The notes beneath the pieces are model-generated. The model ran no database searches and was not told the origin of the DNA. It worked only from the letters and a program-made list of their open reading frames with translations. From IMG/VR virus record IMGVR_UViG_3300042350_005891: 20,000 bases of DNA; one strand, 5' to 3'. This document shows positions 7,042-15,299 of this stretch, piece by piece. Source of the stretch: an uncultured virus (IMG/VR IMGVR_UViG_3300042350_005891) (lineage: Duplodnaviria; Heunggongvirae; Uroviricota; Caudoviricetes). Numbering within the stretch: the first letter of the stretch is position 1; each line of letters begins with the position of its first letter. A program made the position numbers and the translations under genes.

Positions 7042-9396
7042 TTATCGGCCATCACGCGCGGCATCAACGAGCCGCACATATTCGACCGAAGCTTGTGTTG
7101 GGATGGAGAACGCATGGCTCCGCATCATATCGGGAGACTCTGGGTTTCTCACGAAGAGCGGATAGCGATCGACCAGACCCTTGGATGCTTTCTTCAAATC
7201 AAACGATGGCTCGGGAAGAAGATTAAAGAGTGCTTTGTACTCCTTGCTCTCTTCTCCACGGCCAATCTGCCAGACTCCTGTGGGGCGTCTGAGCCACACG
7301 GGAAGTTTCCGTTGCTCTTGTTCGTTTCCACCAAGCATCCGATAAAGGTGTTCCATGTAGACACGGAACGGACTTTTCGGGTCAAGCCCGCTGATGAGGC
7401 TTGGCTTGTTCTTTGAACTCTCAAACCACCTGAACAAGTCCTCCGTCTCAAAGAAGTTACCGGAGTTCTTCCAACCATTACTACCCCAATGGGATGAGCT
7501 GTAGGAGAAGAACACCCGAGCCGCCTTGCGGTCGGCAATCAGTTGTGCCTTGTCTGGGTTGGCAACGAGAAACTCTTTGACATACTTGTCGAGAGCCTCG
7601 TGGAGGCAGATGAGGTTATCGTTAGCTTTGGCTTTCTCGTCGGCAACCTTGACGCCGTAAAGCGCCTTGACCGGAGAGATAGCCTTCAGATACCCCAATG
7701 CATCGTGCAGGGTTTCGTAGTTGCTGTAGAACGCGTCTCTTCCAAGGGTCGCAGACCACTCAAACTTGTTGAGCCGGACAAAGACAGTCTCGCCATCCGG
7801 CGCCTGTCCAAGATTCCAATGGTCGCTGAGCTTGTCTTGATCCGCATAGTCCGAGCGAAGGACAAACAGATTCCCGCGGGAATGCTTTTTGTCCTTCACG
7901 GCGATCACGGGGTCACCGTTCTCATCAACGAATGTCTTCGCTGGCGGCTTGGGCAACGCCTCGATGGAGCGGAACGGCACATGCTTGAACCAAGGCACAT
8001 TGGCCTCGAGCCAGGCTTTGCCACCGTTCTTGCAGGATATGACAAAGACGGTTGCGTCATTGCTGTAATCCGTGGTGTTCGTCATCCAATAACGGAGGCG
8101 GGCTTCACCCGATCCGGTCTTGGTGTCGTTGAGGAACACCTCCATATTTTTGGAGATATGGATTCGGTGGTCGTCACGATCAACGCTTACCCTTGACTTG
8201 CCCCAGCTGCGCTTGCCCATCCGAAGCAGGGTGATGCCATGCTCCTCAAGAATGGTCTTGGGTGTCTTGGTGATCTCGCCCTTGGCGTTCTTCTCAGTCT
8301 CCGCAAGCGGGAGCTCGAAGTCCCCGCTGAGTGGAATACCTTTCCACGTCAGCTTGGGCTTGATCTTCTTGACGACGGCGTCACGGAAGTTGCTTGAGCC
8401 ATACTCACCGTAACGGCGGAACTCGCGGATAACCTGATACGCCGCGATGATGTCGGGCGCACCCTGCACAGCCTTGATAAGCTCGTCTCCGATCGTGTTG
8501 ACGATCGGGGTCAGATGCTTGATCAGACTCTGGATGGTCTTCTGCGAGTATTGCAGGTCCTCACGGGAAGGTGCGATCTGCACATCCCCGAGCTCGACCC
8601 GCACGTAGACGCCAGCGTTGATCAATTCCTTGATCGAGTTGGGTCCGGCGAAGTCGGCTTTCAGCGGATACAAAACCAGCCCCATCTGGAGCCAGCTATT
8701 GTTATCGCCACGGAAAGACCAGTTGCTTCCCTTGACCGAGCCTTCGCTGTAGTCACGCTTGGCCAGCATCTCCTGTTCTTCCGCAGTCGCCGACGCCAGC
8801 TTGGGCTGGACGTCAAAGACCTTGTAGACACGGATGGCCGTCGAGCGAAACCGCTCAACGTCAGTCGGGCGGACGGCGATGGCAATCTCAACCCCGCTTG
8901 GTTCCTTGGTCTTGGTCTCGCTGAGCATCGTGGCTCTGCCCACTTCGCTCTCGTCGATGTAGCAGTTCCAGATGCGCTTGGTTCCATCGTGGATGTCGGT
9001 CACGGTGCAGGAGTCGGTGTACGAGCCATAGGACTTGCAACCGATGCCAAGGCAACCCGTGAACTTATTGCTCGTCCGCTTGCTTGACCCGCCGTAGGAG
9101 CAGAACAAGTCCTTGAACGACTCAACGCCAAGACCCGGACCGAAGTCACGGAGCTTGAAGGTGGGAGCCAAGGACGTGGGAAGCGTCACCTCGAACGGCT
9201 TCTTCTCGTTGCCGTTGAGCATGTGCGCCTCGCACGCATTTGTGCCGTACTCACGGACCACCGCACGGATGGGATCGGAGTAGGCTTTGCGGAGGATGCT
9301 GGCGATGTGACCGAGGTTGGCCGTGTCGATCTTGTAGTCGACCGACTCGCCGCCACCCTCGATGACCGCCGAGTTTCTTGCAGCTGTAATGATCAT
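7042..9396 (-). CDS. rIIA: RIIA-like protein with N-terminal GHKL/Hsp90-type ATPase domain
   Basis: YSDPIRAVVREYGTNACEAH, RDFGPGL, YGGSSKRTSN..TG.LGIGCKS..SYTD, PSREDLQY; paired with rIIB. Confidence 0.92.
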   Translation of the reverse strand: MIITAARNSAVIEGGGESVDYKIDTANLGHIASILRKAYSDPIRAVVREYGTNACEAHMLNGNEKKPFEVTLPTSLAPTFKLRDFGPGLGVESFKDLFCSYGGSSKRTSNKFTGCLGIGCKSYGSYTDSCTVTDIHDGTKRIWNCYIDESEVGRATMLSETKTKEPSGVEIAIAVRPTDVERFRSTAIRVYKVFDVQPKLASATAEEQEMLAKRDYSEGSVKGSNWSFRGDNNSWLQMGLVLYPLKADFAGPNSIKELINAGVYVRVELGDVQIAPSREDLQYSQKTIQSLIKHLTPIVNTIGDELIKAVQGAPDIIAAYQVIREFRRYGEYGSSNFRDAVVKKIKPKLTWKGIPLSGDFELPLAETEKNAKGEITKTPKTILEEHGITLLRMGKRSWGKSRVSVDRDDHRIHISKNMEVFLNDTKTGSGEARLRYWMTNTTDYSNDATVFVISCKNGGKAWLEANVPWFKHVPFRSIEALPKPPAKTFVDENGDPVIAVKDKKHSRGNLFVLRSDYADQDKLSDHWNLGQAPDGETVFVRLNKFEWSATLGRDAFYSNYETLHDALGYLKAISPVKALYGVKVADEKAKANDNLICLHEALDKYVKEFLVANPDKAQLIADRKAARVFFSYSSSHWGSNGWKNSGNFFETEDLFRWFESSKNKPSLISGLDPKSPFRVYMEHLYRMLGGNEQEQRKLPVWLRRPTGVWQIGRGEESKEYKALFNLLPEPSFDLKKASKGLVDRYPLFVRNPESPDMMRSHAFSIPTQASVEYVRLVDAARDGR

Positions 9397-9656
9397 ATGA
9401 GTGAATCTCCTTTCACGTATTCAATGATGAGTGGGCGTAGCTTCTTTCCCCGTTTGACCTTGGGGGCGTCGTTGACCTTGTGCTTGCGCTCCACGACCAC
9501 CGACCAGATGTCGGCATCCGTGTAGTTGGCAAGCGCGATCTCCGCCTCCCGCATGGTGATGTAGAGGGTCGGGTCGACCATCACATTGTCACGGTCATAG
9601 ATCACCAGAGCGTCAGCCTTGGTAACCTTGGGGTGAATCTTGATCGCCTCACTCAC
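9393..9656 (-). CDS. Hypothetical protein, 87 aa
   Basis: Coupled to rIIA by ATGA. Confidence 0.65.
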   Translation of the reverse strand: MSEAIKIHPKVTKADALVIYDRDNVMVDPTLYITMREAEIALANYTDADIWSVVVERKHKVNDAPKVKRGKKLRPLIIEYVKGDSLI

Positions 9657-9966
9657 CGGTTGGAATCCTGTGAGCTGTGAAGTGCCACTCTTCCGACGTC
9701 ACGGTTGACGCCTGGAGAATGTGGTCGACTTCCTCGGGCGACAGCCGCTTGAGGAGATGTTGCCGGAGCAACGGTTTGACGAGCCTTTGCTTGTCGTGTT
9801 CGTCCATGCGAACCTCGAAGACCTGACCCGACCATTCCTTGTTTCCAAGCTTCGCGGATTCGAGGAAGAGAGTGCGATACTCTTTCCGTCGCTCGTTGGA
9901 GAGCTTGAGGTTTTCGGTTGCGCGACCGAAGTCGTCGACAACCTGAGTTGGTATTGTTAGTTCCAT
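9649..9966 (-). CDS. Hypothetical protein, 105 aa
   Basis: Start MELTIP preceded by the AAACCGAAAGGAAC leader/SD. Confidence 0.7.
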   Translation of the reverse strand: MELTIPTQVVDDFGRATENLKLSNERRKEYRTLFLESAKLGNKEWSGQVFEVRMDEHDKQRLVKPLLRQHLLKRLSPEEVDHILQASTVTSEEWHFTAHRIPTGE

Positions 9967-10003
9967 TGTAGTGTTCCTTTCGGTTTTGGTTTCGTTTTGT
10001 TCC

Positions 10004-10050
10004 GCCCACACGGGCAGACCGACACGCCCTCATCGGGCGCGCGGGGTCTG
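10004..10050 (-). ncRNA. Structured cis element, copy A (GAUGA-loop hairpin plus tetraloop hairpin)
   Basis: - strand: CAGAC CCC GCGCGCCC GAUGA GGGCGUGU CG GUCUG CCC GUGU GGGC; same spacing as the copy at 12747-12793; G.U pairs form only on the - strand. Confidence 0.65.
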
Positions 10051-10054
10051 ACCG

Positions 10055-10231
10055 TCAAGACCAAGTAGCTTTGCCTACGGTGTTGCCGTTCTCATCGCGA
10101 ATGGTGTAGGTTTCGCGCTGGTCGTCAGCCACATCATCGGAGAGTTCGCTCAAGATTCGGGACAATTCAAACTCCGGGGCATCCCCGAAAGCCGCATTGT
10201 CCGTATCAATTTCTAATTTGAACTTTGCCAT
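10055..10231 (-). CDS. Small acidic protein, 58 aa (MAKFKLEIDTDNAAFGDAPEFELSRIL...IRDENGNTVGKATWS)
   Basis: Translated manually; GGAGG SD; the DNAAF...E..RIL...D.NGN.VG pattern is recalled from small phage early proteins. Confidence 0.75.
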   Translation of the reverse strand: MAKFKLEIDTDNAAFGDAPEFELSRILSELSDDVADDQRETYTIRDENGNTVGKATWS

Positions 10232-10242
10232 TTGATACCTCC

Positions 10243-10512
10243 TTATTCTGTTGTTGCCATCGGGAACACGAGCTTGCCTTCCTTGGAGGTCGGCTTGTCG
10301 TGTTTGAGTTCATACCAGTAACCAACGATGGTTTTGTTTGCGTCTTCAACGCAACCATCCTTGACTAACTGGAGCCGAAGTCGAGCAGAAACTTTGTTGC
10401 CGAAGAGGTTGGTATTCAACCACTTATAGCATTTCTCCCGGTTCGGAAACTCATAGACTCCGTTTCGGTTTCCACGCGAATCGGAGTGAATGAATACTTT
10501 AAGATTCATCAC
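10243..10512 (-). CDS. Hypothetical protein, 89 aa
   Basis: Coupled ORF in the early block. Confidence 0.6.
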   Translation of the reverse strand: MMNLKVFIHSDSRGNRNGVYEFPNREKCYKWLNTNLFGNKVSARLRLQLVKDGCVEDANKTIVGYWYELKHDKPTSKEGKLVFPMATTE

Positions 10513-10799
10513 TCGTCCGCCAGAAACTCTTCCGCACGTTCGGACGCAATCTCCATCAGCTTGGATTCTGCAATGTTCTGCAAATCCTCGGGGATGGGGA
10601 TTATGTCTTCACCGTTGGGGAGCTCTCCAATGGAAAGATTCTCAACGGTCACCGAATCGGTGGCGAATCGTTCGACATGATCACGGTAACCAATCGGGCC
10701 GACATCCTGTCTGGACAACTCGACGGTGACATCAGCGGTCGCGCCATAACGTGCCCCGTTATACTCAAAGTCAATGTCAAACTGATTTTGGTATGTCAT
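10509..10799 (-). CDS. Highly acidic protein, 96 aa
   Basis: Start MTYQNQF with ATGA overlap at 10796-10799; 22 D/E versus 6 K/R. Confidence 0.7.
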   Translation of the reverse strand: MTYQNQFDIDFEYNGARYGATADVTVELSRQDVGPIGYRDHVERFATDSVTVENLSIGELPNGEDIIPIPEDLQNIAESKLMEIASERAEEFLADE

Positions 10800-11080
10800 A
10801 CGAGCTCCCTGTCCGCGATCATCTGTTTGCGAGCTTCCTGCAAAAGATGCTGGACAACTTCCGCATCCCGCAGGGCCAGGTTCCTGTCGGTTCGCTTGTA
10901 CTTGTAGCCCGTGATTGAGGAGATGATCTCCATGCAACGTTGGGGCGTGGCGAACCGAGTCAACCTCATCCCGCGGTTCAGGGCTTGTAGCCCCTGTTTC
11001 GCGACAAGAAAGCTGATGACCGGAACTCCGTTGAGAGCCCCGCCAGTCGTGTCGATTGTGATGATGCGCTCCTTACTCAT
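10796..11080 (-). CDS. Hypothetical protein, 94 aa
   Basis: AAGGAGGT SD; coupled on both sides. Confidence 0.7.
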   Translation of the reverse strand: MSKERIITIDTTGGALNGVPVISFLVAKQGLQALNRGMRLTRFATPQRCMEIISSITGYKYKRTDRNLALRDAEVVQHLLQEARKQMIADRELV

Positions 11081-11300
11081 TTGTCACCTCCTTGATTTGG
11101 TAGCCGTAAGCCCAATGCCCGTTGGCTAGGTCAAACACACAATGGTCTTTAACCTCAACGGGAATGTGCTCCACGACGATTCCACCTTGTTTCTGTCCAT
11201 CGTTGACAAGCTCGATGCCAACGATCTTGGCTTTCTCCCAAGATTCGTTGCCCCACGAGCCACGCCACCAGACTTGATCGCCTTTGCTGAATAGCTTCAT
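11073..11300 (-). CDS. Hypothetical protein, 75 aa, possibly an SH3-like beta-barrel
   Basis: F.KGD.V.W...W...KAKIVGI...FDL.NG.W.Y..QI pattern; GAGGAGG SD. Confidence 0.65.
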   Translation of the reverse strand: MKLFSKGDQVWWRGSWGNESWEKAKIVGIELVNDGQKQGGIVVEHIPVEVKDHCVFDLANGHWAYGYQIKEVTNE

Positions 11301-11461
11301 TTCTTATCCTCCTCAATGATCGTTAACAACTGCTCGCAGTTTTTAATATGGTCATAAATCTGACCATAAATGTGCTCATCTTCTGGTGAAAGGACGATTG
11401 CCTTGGTCACATCAAGGGTGAGCGTGTTCAGCTTGTTCCTAATCTTGGTAATCGGCTTCAT
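11297..11461 (-). CDS. Hypothetical protein, 54 aa (MKPITKIRNKLNTLTLDV...IIEEDKK)
   Basis: Translated manually; GAGG SD; ATGA coupling to the next gene; fills the gap in the ORF track. Confidence 0.65.
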   Translation of the reverse strand: MKPITKIRNKLNTLTLDVTKAIVLSPEDEHIYGQIYDHIKNCEQLLTIIEEDKK

Positions 11462-11828
11462 TTGACCTCGGCTTTCTGAACGTGGTTTGGATCTTCTCGT
11501 GGATCATCTTGATTGTTTGAATCAAGGCATCAAAGCTGGATTGGCTTACGCATCCAGTCTTGAAGATGTAGTATGGTTCCGGCGAGACGACCCTTCCTGT
11601 ATTTGTCCACTCGTAGGTGGGACGAATCTCAAACATCGCCCTGTAGCCATCAAGGTCGGTGTAATAGAGGCCCACGCTACCAATCTCTGTTTTGGTTGGC
11701 AGACGGTGTGTCCGAAGCACAACCTTCCCGCGGGGAAAGCTGTAAGTGGACGTCCGAGGAATCGGGTCAAGCCCCAGCAAATGCTGGAGCTTGCCCTTCT
11801 CGGCGACGACGGGTAATGGGTAATTCAT
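11439..11828 (-). CDS. Hypothetical protein, 129 aa
   Basis: Coupled ORF (ATGA at 11825-11828). Confidence 0.6.
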   Translation of the reverse strand: MNYPLPVVAEKGKLQHLLGLDPIPRTSTYSFPRGKVVLRTHRLPTKTEIGSVGLYYTDLDGYRAMFEIRPTYEWTNTGRVVSPEPYYIFKTGCVSQSSFDALIQTIKMIHEKIQTTFRKPRSNEADYQD

Positions 11829-12010
11829 TTAACGAATCGAAGCATCAGTGTCCCGATGCCAAGCTCCAGATAAATGATAGTTGAACTTGTGCTCCAGTAG
11901 ATCTCGAATCCGAGAGCTGTCGGAGCAAAGTTAAAGACGAACGTGTTGCTCGCCTTGCTGCGATAGGTGTGGAACCTAGCCCATTCCCAACTGGTGTTAG
12001 TCAACTTCAT
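11825..12010 (-). CDS. Hypothetical protein, about 61 aa
   Basis: GAGGAG SD before MTMKLTNT; exact Met uncertain. Confidence 0.55.
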   Translation of the reverse strand: MKLTNTSWEWARFHTYRSKASNTFVFNFAPTALGFEIYWSTSSTIIYLELGIGTLMLRFVK

Positions 12011-12350
12011 TGTCATTCTCCTCCTCGTTGACCGCGCCATTCAGCACGGCTTGTTTCTGTTTGCGGAAGCGGAACGACCAGTCACCCGACCACGAGCGGA
12101 TGATGGCGATCAGCTGTTCAAAGCTTGGAATCCGGTAAGGACGCTCAAGCTCGGACGCAATGTAGAATCCCCAGGTGTTGTCGGGGGTTCTGACATTGAT
12201 CATCGTCTCGGGCAATACCCACCCTTCGGGGTGGGCGATGCCGTTGACGATGACCGTTCCGGTGTTGATGGTGAACTCAAGACCTTGGCCTTGCTTTCCC
12301 CGTAGCTGGATTTCCTGTCCAGCCCTCCAGATTTTGCTGTTGGGATTCAT
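11997..12350 (-). CDS. Hypothetical protein, 117 aa
   Basis: GGAGG SD, start MNPNSK with ATGA overlap. Confidence 0.65.
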   Translation of the reverse strand: MNPNSKIWRAGQEIQLRGKQGQGLEFTINTGTVIVNGIAHPEGWVLPETMINVRTPDNTWGFYIASELERPYRIPSFEQLIAIIRSWSGDWSFRFRKQKQAVLNGAVNEEENDNEVD

Positions 12351-12487
12351 CGAACGTCCTCCGCAAGCACATTGATGAGCTTGATGAGAAGCATCGCGGA
12401 AGCCACCAGACAGGCGGGGATGGCGATGAACGCCATGCCCAGCTGAAGGAGGATCGTCAGCACGTCCCAGCACTCCTGCGGGGTCAT
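12347..12487 (-). CDS. Small membrane protein, 46 aa
   Basis: MTPQECWD followed by a hydrophobic run of about 30 aa; ATGA coupling on both sides. Confidence 0.6.
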   Translation of the reverse strand: MTPQECWDVLTILLQLGMAFIAIPACLVASAMLLIKLINVLAEDVR

Positions 12488-12711
12488 GCGACCCCCGCTA
12501 GGTTGAGCCGGTTGCCGAAGCCCCGGTTGTTGTGGTTGATCTTGATCATCGCCTCGGCACGCGCTTGCGTGGCGTCGATGACCGCCTCGTTTTCCGTCAG
12601 TCCCTCGCCCTCCCATCCCTCGATCGAGGCGATGTAGTAGCGACCTGTGAGATTCCCGCTGGGGGAAGTCCCTTGGCAGACCGAGATTACGATTTTGTTG
12701 TTGACTTTCAT
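12484..12711 (-). CDS. Hypothetical protein, 75 aa
   Basis: Start MKVNNK after the AACCAAAGGAA leader; Y.ASI.GW.GEG.TE.EAV is loosely HicB-N-like (weak). Confidence 0.65.
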   Translation of the reverse strand: MKVNNKIVISVCQGTSPSGNLTGRYYIASIEGWEGEGLTENEAVIDATQARAEAMIKINHNNRGFGNRLNLAGVA

Positions 12712-12746
12712 TTGTATTCCTTTGGTTAGGGTTATCTGTTTTCTCC

Positions 12747-12793
12747 AGCCTATCGGCCAGACTTGTGCCCCCTCATCGGGGGCACTTGGTCTA
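12747..12793 (-). ncRNA. Structured cis element, copy B (GAUGA-loop hairpin plus tetraloop hairpin)
   Basis: - strand: UAGAC CAA GUGCCCCC GAUGA GGGGGCAC AA GUCUG GCC GAUA GGCU; begins at the stop codon of the upstream gene. Confidence 0.65.
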
Positions 12794-13081
12794 TCCGCAT
12801 AGAACCCAGAACATCCCGAACTGACGGGTCGTTCTGTTGCGTTGGTAAGCTTCGTCACAGGTCATCATCTTTTTGACGACAACCTTGCGGTTGATGTCGG
12901 TCAACGCATACGACCGCTCCAGACCCTGCGCCCTTTCACGGGCGAGCCGGAGACGGCAGTTGCTGTTGGCCATCTTGATGTTCTTGCGCCACTCCTGCTT
13001 GTTGAGCTTGCGGTTGTTGTAGGCGACCAGCCCGTCACGAACCGCATACTTGACGCCGATAAATCCGATCTTTGTGTTCAT
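12791..13081 (-). CDS. Basic hypothetical protein, 96 aa
   Basis: GGAGG SD, ATGA coupling; Arg/Lys-rich. Confidence 0.65.
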   Translation of the reverse strand: MNTKIGFIGVKYAVRDGLVAYNNRKLNKQEWRKNIKMANSNCRLRLARERAQGLERSYALTDINRKVVVKKMMTCDEAYQRNRTTRQFGMFWVLCG

Positions 13082-13416
13082 ATGTCCCGCCCTCCGCTTT
13101 GGGTGATCAACACACGGCGAGGGGTCATCCTTGCGATGGAAGCCCTGCGACGGAACAGTTGACCAGGAGCCTCGCAGTCGTCGCGATCGACGTCCATGAA
13201 GGTGGTGAACTCAAGCCTTCTGACCTCACGGTGCACCGGAAACGGCTTCGAGGATTCGAAGACATACCAGTGCGTCCAGCTGTCGTCCGAGGACTCCTTG
13301 GCCACGTCGATCACCCGCTTGCCCACGTAAGCGGACTGCGGGTGGTAGTTTCTACAGCCAAACTTGATCACCTTTCCGCTGTAGACCACGTTATTGATTG
13401 TGATGTAGTCACTCAT
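13078..13416 (-). CDS. Hypothetical protein, 112 aa
   Basis: AAGGAG SD before MSDYIT. Confidence 0.65.
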   Translation of the reverse strand: MSDYITINNVVYSGKVIKFGCRNYHPQSAYVGKRVIDVAKESSDDSWTHWYVFESSKPFPVHREVRRLEFTTFMDVDRDDCEAPGQLFRRRASIARMTPRRVLITQSGGRDI

Positions 13417-13432
13417 TGTTTCTCCTTGTTGG

Positions 13433-13684
13433 TTATTGCGAGCGACCGCCGGCATCCAGCACATTCCTTAGTGCCGAACGCTGACCGACCCTGCGCGAAA
13501 TTCGTTTGAAGTCTCCAAAGCTTTCGGGGCTCATCACGTTCAAAGCCCCCGCCGTCTTGTCCGAGTAAACCATCGCCCCCTTGAGCTTGGGTTCCGGCCA
13601 GTCAAAGGCGCATCCTTTGCACTTGGAGAACCCAAGGTCGAGGCGCTCCACCTCGACGGGTTGGTTGCAGATGGAGCAGTTCAT
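13433..13684 (-). CDS. DksA/TraR-like C4 zinc-finger protein, 83 aa
   Basis: CSICNQPVEVERLDLGFSKCKGC = CxxC-x3-V-x3-RL-x6-CxxC; ATGA coupling. Confidence 0.65.
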   Translation of the reverse strand: MNCSICNQPVEVERLDLGFSKCKGCAFDWPEPKLKGAMVYSDKTAGALNVMSPESFGDFKRISRRVGQRSALRNVLDAGGRSQ

Positions 13685-14166
13685 CGGTGGCGATGCTCCC
13701 ACAAGGTCTTGATGTGGGACTTGTAAACCTTGGCAACCGAGGGCATCGGGCAGAACCTAGCCTTGGTCACAAGGGATCGGATGGCAGCCCGTATGTTGTC
13801 GTGCCGGAACTTGACGTCCCGCTCAACCCATAGCTTGGACTGGTCGGGCTTGCCCTCCTCCATCCGCCGCCGGTAGGTCTCGGCCTTGGGGGTCACGAGC
13901 CTATGCTTGTAGGTTCCGGTCGAATGGAACCCAAGGGCTTTGGCCGCCTCCGCCACGCTGTCGGCTTTCAACGCCGCCGTCACCCCGTTGATAGTAAGCT
14001 TGGGGTTGGAGGGAACCGGGCTACGCCGTTCCCGTGGGATATGGGGTTTGCGTAGGTCAAGTTGCAGGTCGTCCCACCGACCCGAACCGGACATGGGGTC
14101 ATTGACCTCACGATCCTGTGCCATACGGCGCAGGGTTCCGAAGTCCTGTAGATACGTGTTATTCAC
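13681..14166 (-). CDS. Basic hypothetical protein, 161 aa, first gene of the long early block
   Basis: AAGGAG SD and GTG start; follows the promoter-like motif at 14196-14231. Confidence 0.7.
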   Translation of the reverse strand: MNNTYLQDFGTLRRMAQDREVNDPMSGSGRWDDLQLDLRKPHIPRERRSPVPSNPKLTINGVTAALKADSVAEAAKALGFHSTGTYKHRLVTPKAETYRRRMEEGKPDQSKLWVERDVKFRHDNIRAAIRSLVTKARFCPMPSVAKVYKSHIKTLWEHRHR

Positions 14167-14195
14167 TGGTTACTCCTTGGTTGATGGTTTCTCTC

Positions 14196-14231
14196 ACAAT
14201 CCCTATACGGCTCGCCGTCCCCTCCCCCTTG
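14196..14231 (-). promoter_or_regulatory. Promoter-like motif copy 1: CAAGGGGG-N14-CGTATAGGGATTGT
   Basis: 13/14 identical to 15363-15376 and shares the upstream box; both lie just 5' of the first gene of a - strand unit. Confidence 0.5.
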
Positions 14232-14330
14232 GGAAAGCTTCCCAAAGGCAGGGGGGAGGCTATGGCATCCTCGAATCTTTGATTCAAAGAAGGCTTGCAT
14301 CGTGCACGATAGGCGGTATAAGCTCGGTTT

Positions 14331-14786
14331 ATGGGCAAAGTATTGGCCGTAGATTGGCAAGCCATTGAACGTGACTTCCTTGCAGGGAAGAGTCGAAGCT
14401 TCATTGCATCGACGTATGGTATTAGTCCATTCACGTTGGATGCCCGTTCCCGACGGGGGAAGTGGGTGTTGAAACGTGCACAAGTTACAGAGAAGATCGC
14501 ACAAACGAGACAGGAGGGTGTTGTCCAAGATCAGGTCGGAAGGCAAGCCCGATATCTGTCGAGGATCGCTAATCAAGTCGATCATAGCTTGGATGTCCTC
14601 GAAGCCGAGATGCCGGGAACCAGGAAAGAAGTGCGTGAACAGGTCGAAGTGCTCGAGAAGATCGACCGCATAGCTCGACCTGCATTGGGCTTGGCTTCCA
14701 CGAATCAAGGAAGCAACGGTAAAACGGTGGTGAATCTCGCCATTCTCAGAAGCGAGGAATCCGTGAAGCCTGCGATCGAGGTCTAG
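14331..14786 (+). CDS. Terminase small subunit-like HTH protein
   Basis: DWQAIERDFLAG.S...IASTYGIS..TL..R.RRGKW is the typical N-terminal HTH of TerS-like proteins, followed by helical segments and a VVNL tail; upstream TTGCAT-18-TAAGCT. Confidence 0.65.
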   Translation: MGKVLAVDWQAIERDFLAGKSRSFIASTYGISPFTLDARSRRGKWVLKRAQVTEKIAQTRQEGVVQDQVGRQARYLSRIANQVDHSLDVLEAEMPGTRKEVREQVEVLEKIDRIARPALGLASTNQGSNGKTVVNLAILRSEESVKPAIEV

Positions 14787-14832
14787 CTTCGTTAAGCTTG
14801 GATTCATTGATTCTGGGAATCTTGGAAATTTC

Positions 14833-14873
14833 AAAATAAAAAGGGGAGGGGGGAGGTTTTGCCTCCCCCCTCC
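14833..14873 (-). terminator. Intrinsic terminator, possibly bidirectional
   Basis: 12-bp stem GGAGGGGGGAGG/CCTCCCCCCTCC with a 5-nt loop, then CCTTTTTATTTT on the - strand; lies between convergent genes. Confidence 0.8.
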
Positions 14874-14879
14874 GGTTTG

Positions 14880-15299
14880 TTAGGCGATCTTCAGGGCTGC
14901 CAGAACCTTGTCCTGCACATCCTGAGGGAGTCCCTTGAGGGCGTCCAGAACCTTGACCGCTTTGTCGGCGGGTTTGGCCTGGAGGGTGACAACCCCCGTT
15001 TTCGGATCGCGGTAAATCCGCTTCATATCCATCTTACCCGAGGCGACATCGCTCGCCGTCTTAGCGAGTGACGCTTCGCCAAGGGTATTGAAGAACGCTT
15101 GAGCCTTGGCATATCCGGTGGCGAGTTGGGAGCCCTTCAAATTCTGGAGCGTCCCATACGCTTTCCGTGTTGCCAGCCGTCCGGCATCAGTCACCAACGC
15201 TTCGCCGTCCCAGTTGCCGAACACCGCTTTGCGTTTTCCCTTGGCATCGGCGATCTTCACCGAGCCCCTAGTTGCGAGTGCTACTTCTTTAGTTTCCAT
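14880..15299 (-). CDS. Basic Ala/Lys-rich protein, 139 aa, apparently monocistronic
   Basis: AACCGAAAGGAAAC leader/SD, own promoter-like motif and terminator. Confidence 0.8.
   Translation of the reverse strand: METKEVALATRGSVKIADAKGKRKAVFGNWDGEALVTDAGRLATRKAYGTLQNLKGSQLATGYAKAQAFFNTLGEASLAKTASDVASGKMDMKRIYRDPKTGVVTLQAKPADKAVKVLDALKGLPQDVQDKVLAALKIA

Noticed and set aside
6334..9087. Long + strand ORFs 6334..7416, 7543..8196 and 8515..9087
   Set aside because: Antisense shadows of rIIB/rIIA, with no recognisable motifs.
6163..9396. rIIA/rIIB as a novel system
   Set aside because: A well-known pair widespread in many phage groups; nothing unusual beyond an acidic rIIB tail.
10004..10050. 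Hammerhead ribozyme reading of the CCGAUGAG-containing elements (also 12747-12793)
   Set aside because: Core reads CCGAUGA rather than CUGAUGA, GAUGA is closed as a hairpin loop, and no correctly placed GAAA/stem III/UH is found in either copy.
12747..12793. Treating the GAUGA hairpins as ordinary intrinsic terminators
   Set aside because: No U-tract follows on the - strand. On the + strand the T-rich tract precedes rather than follows the stem, and copy A would contain A.C mismatches.
14163..14834. 223-aa - strand ORF
   Set aside because: Antisense to the TerS-like gene, runs through the promoter/palindrome region and has no protein-like motif.
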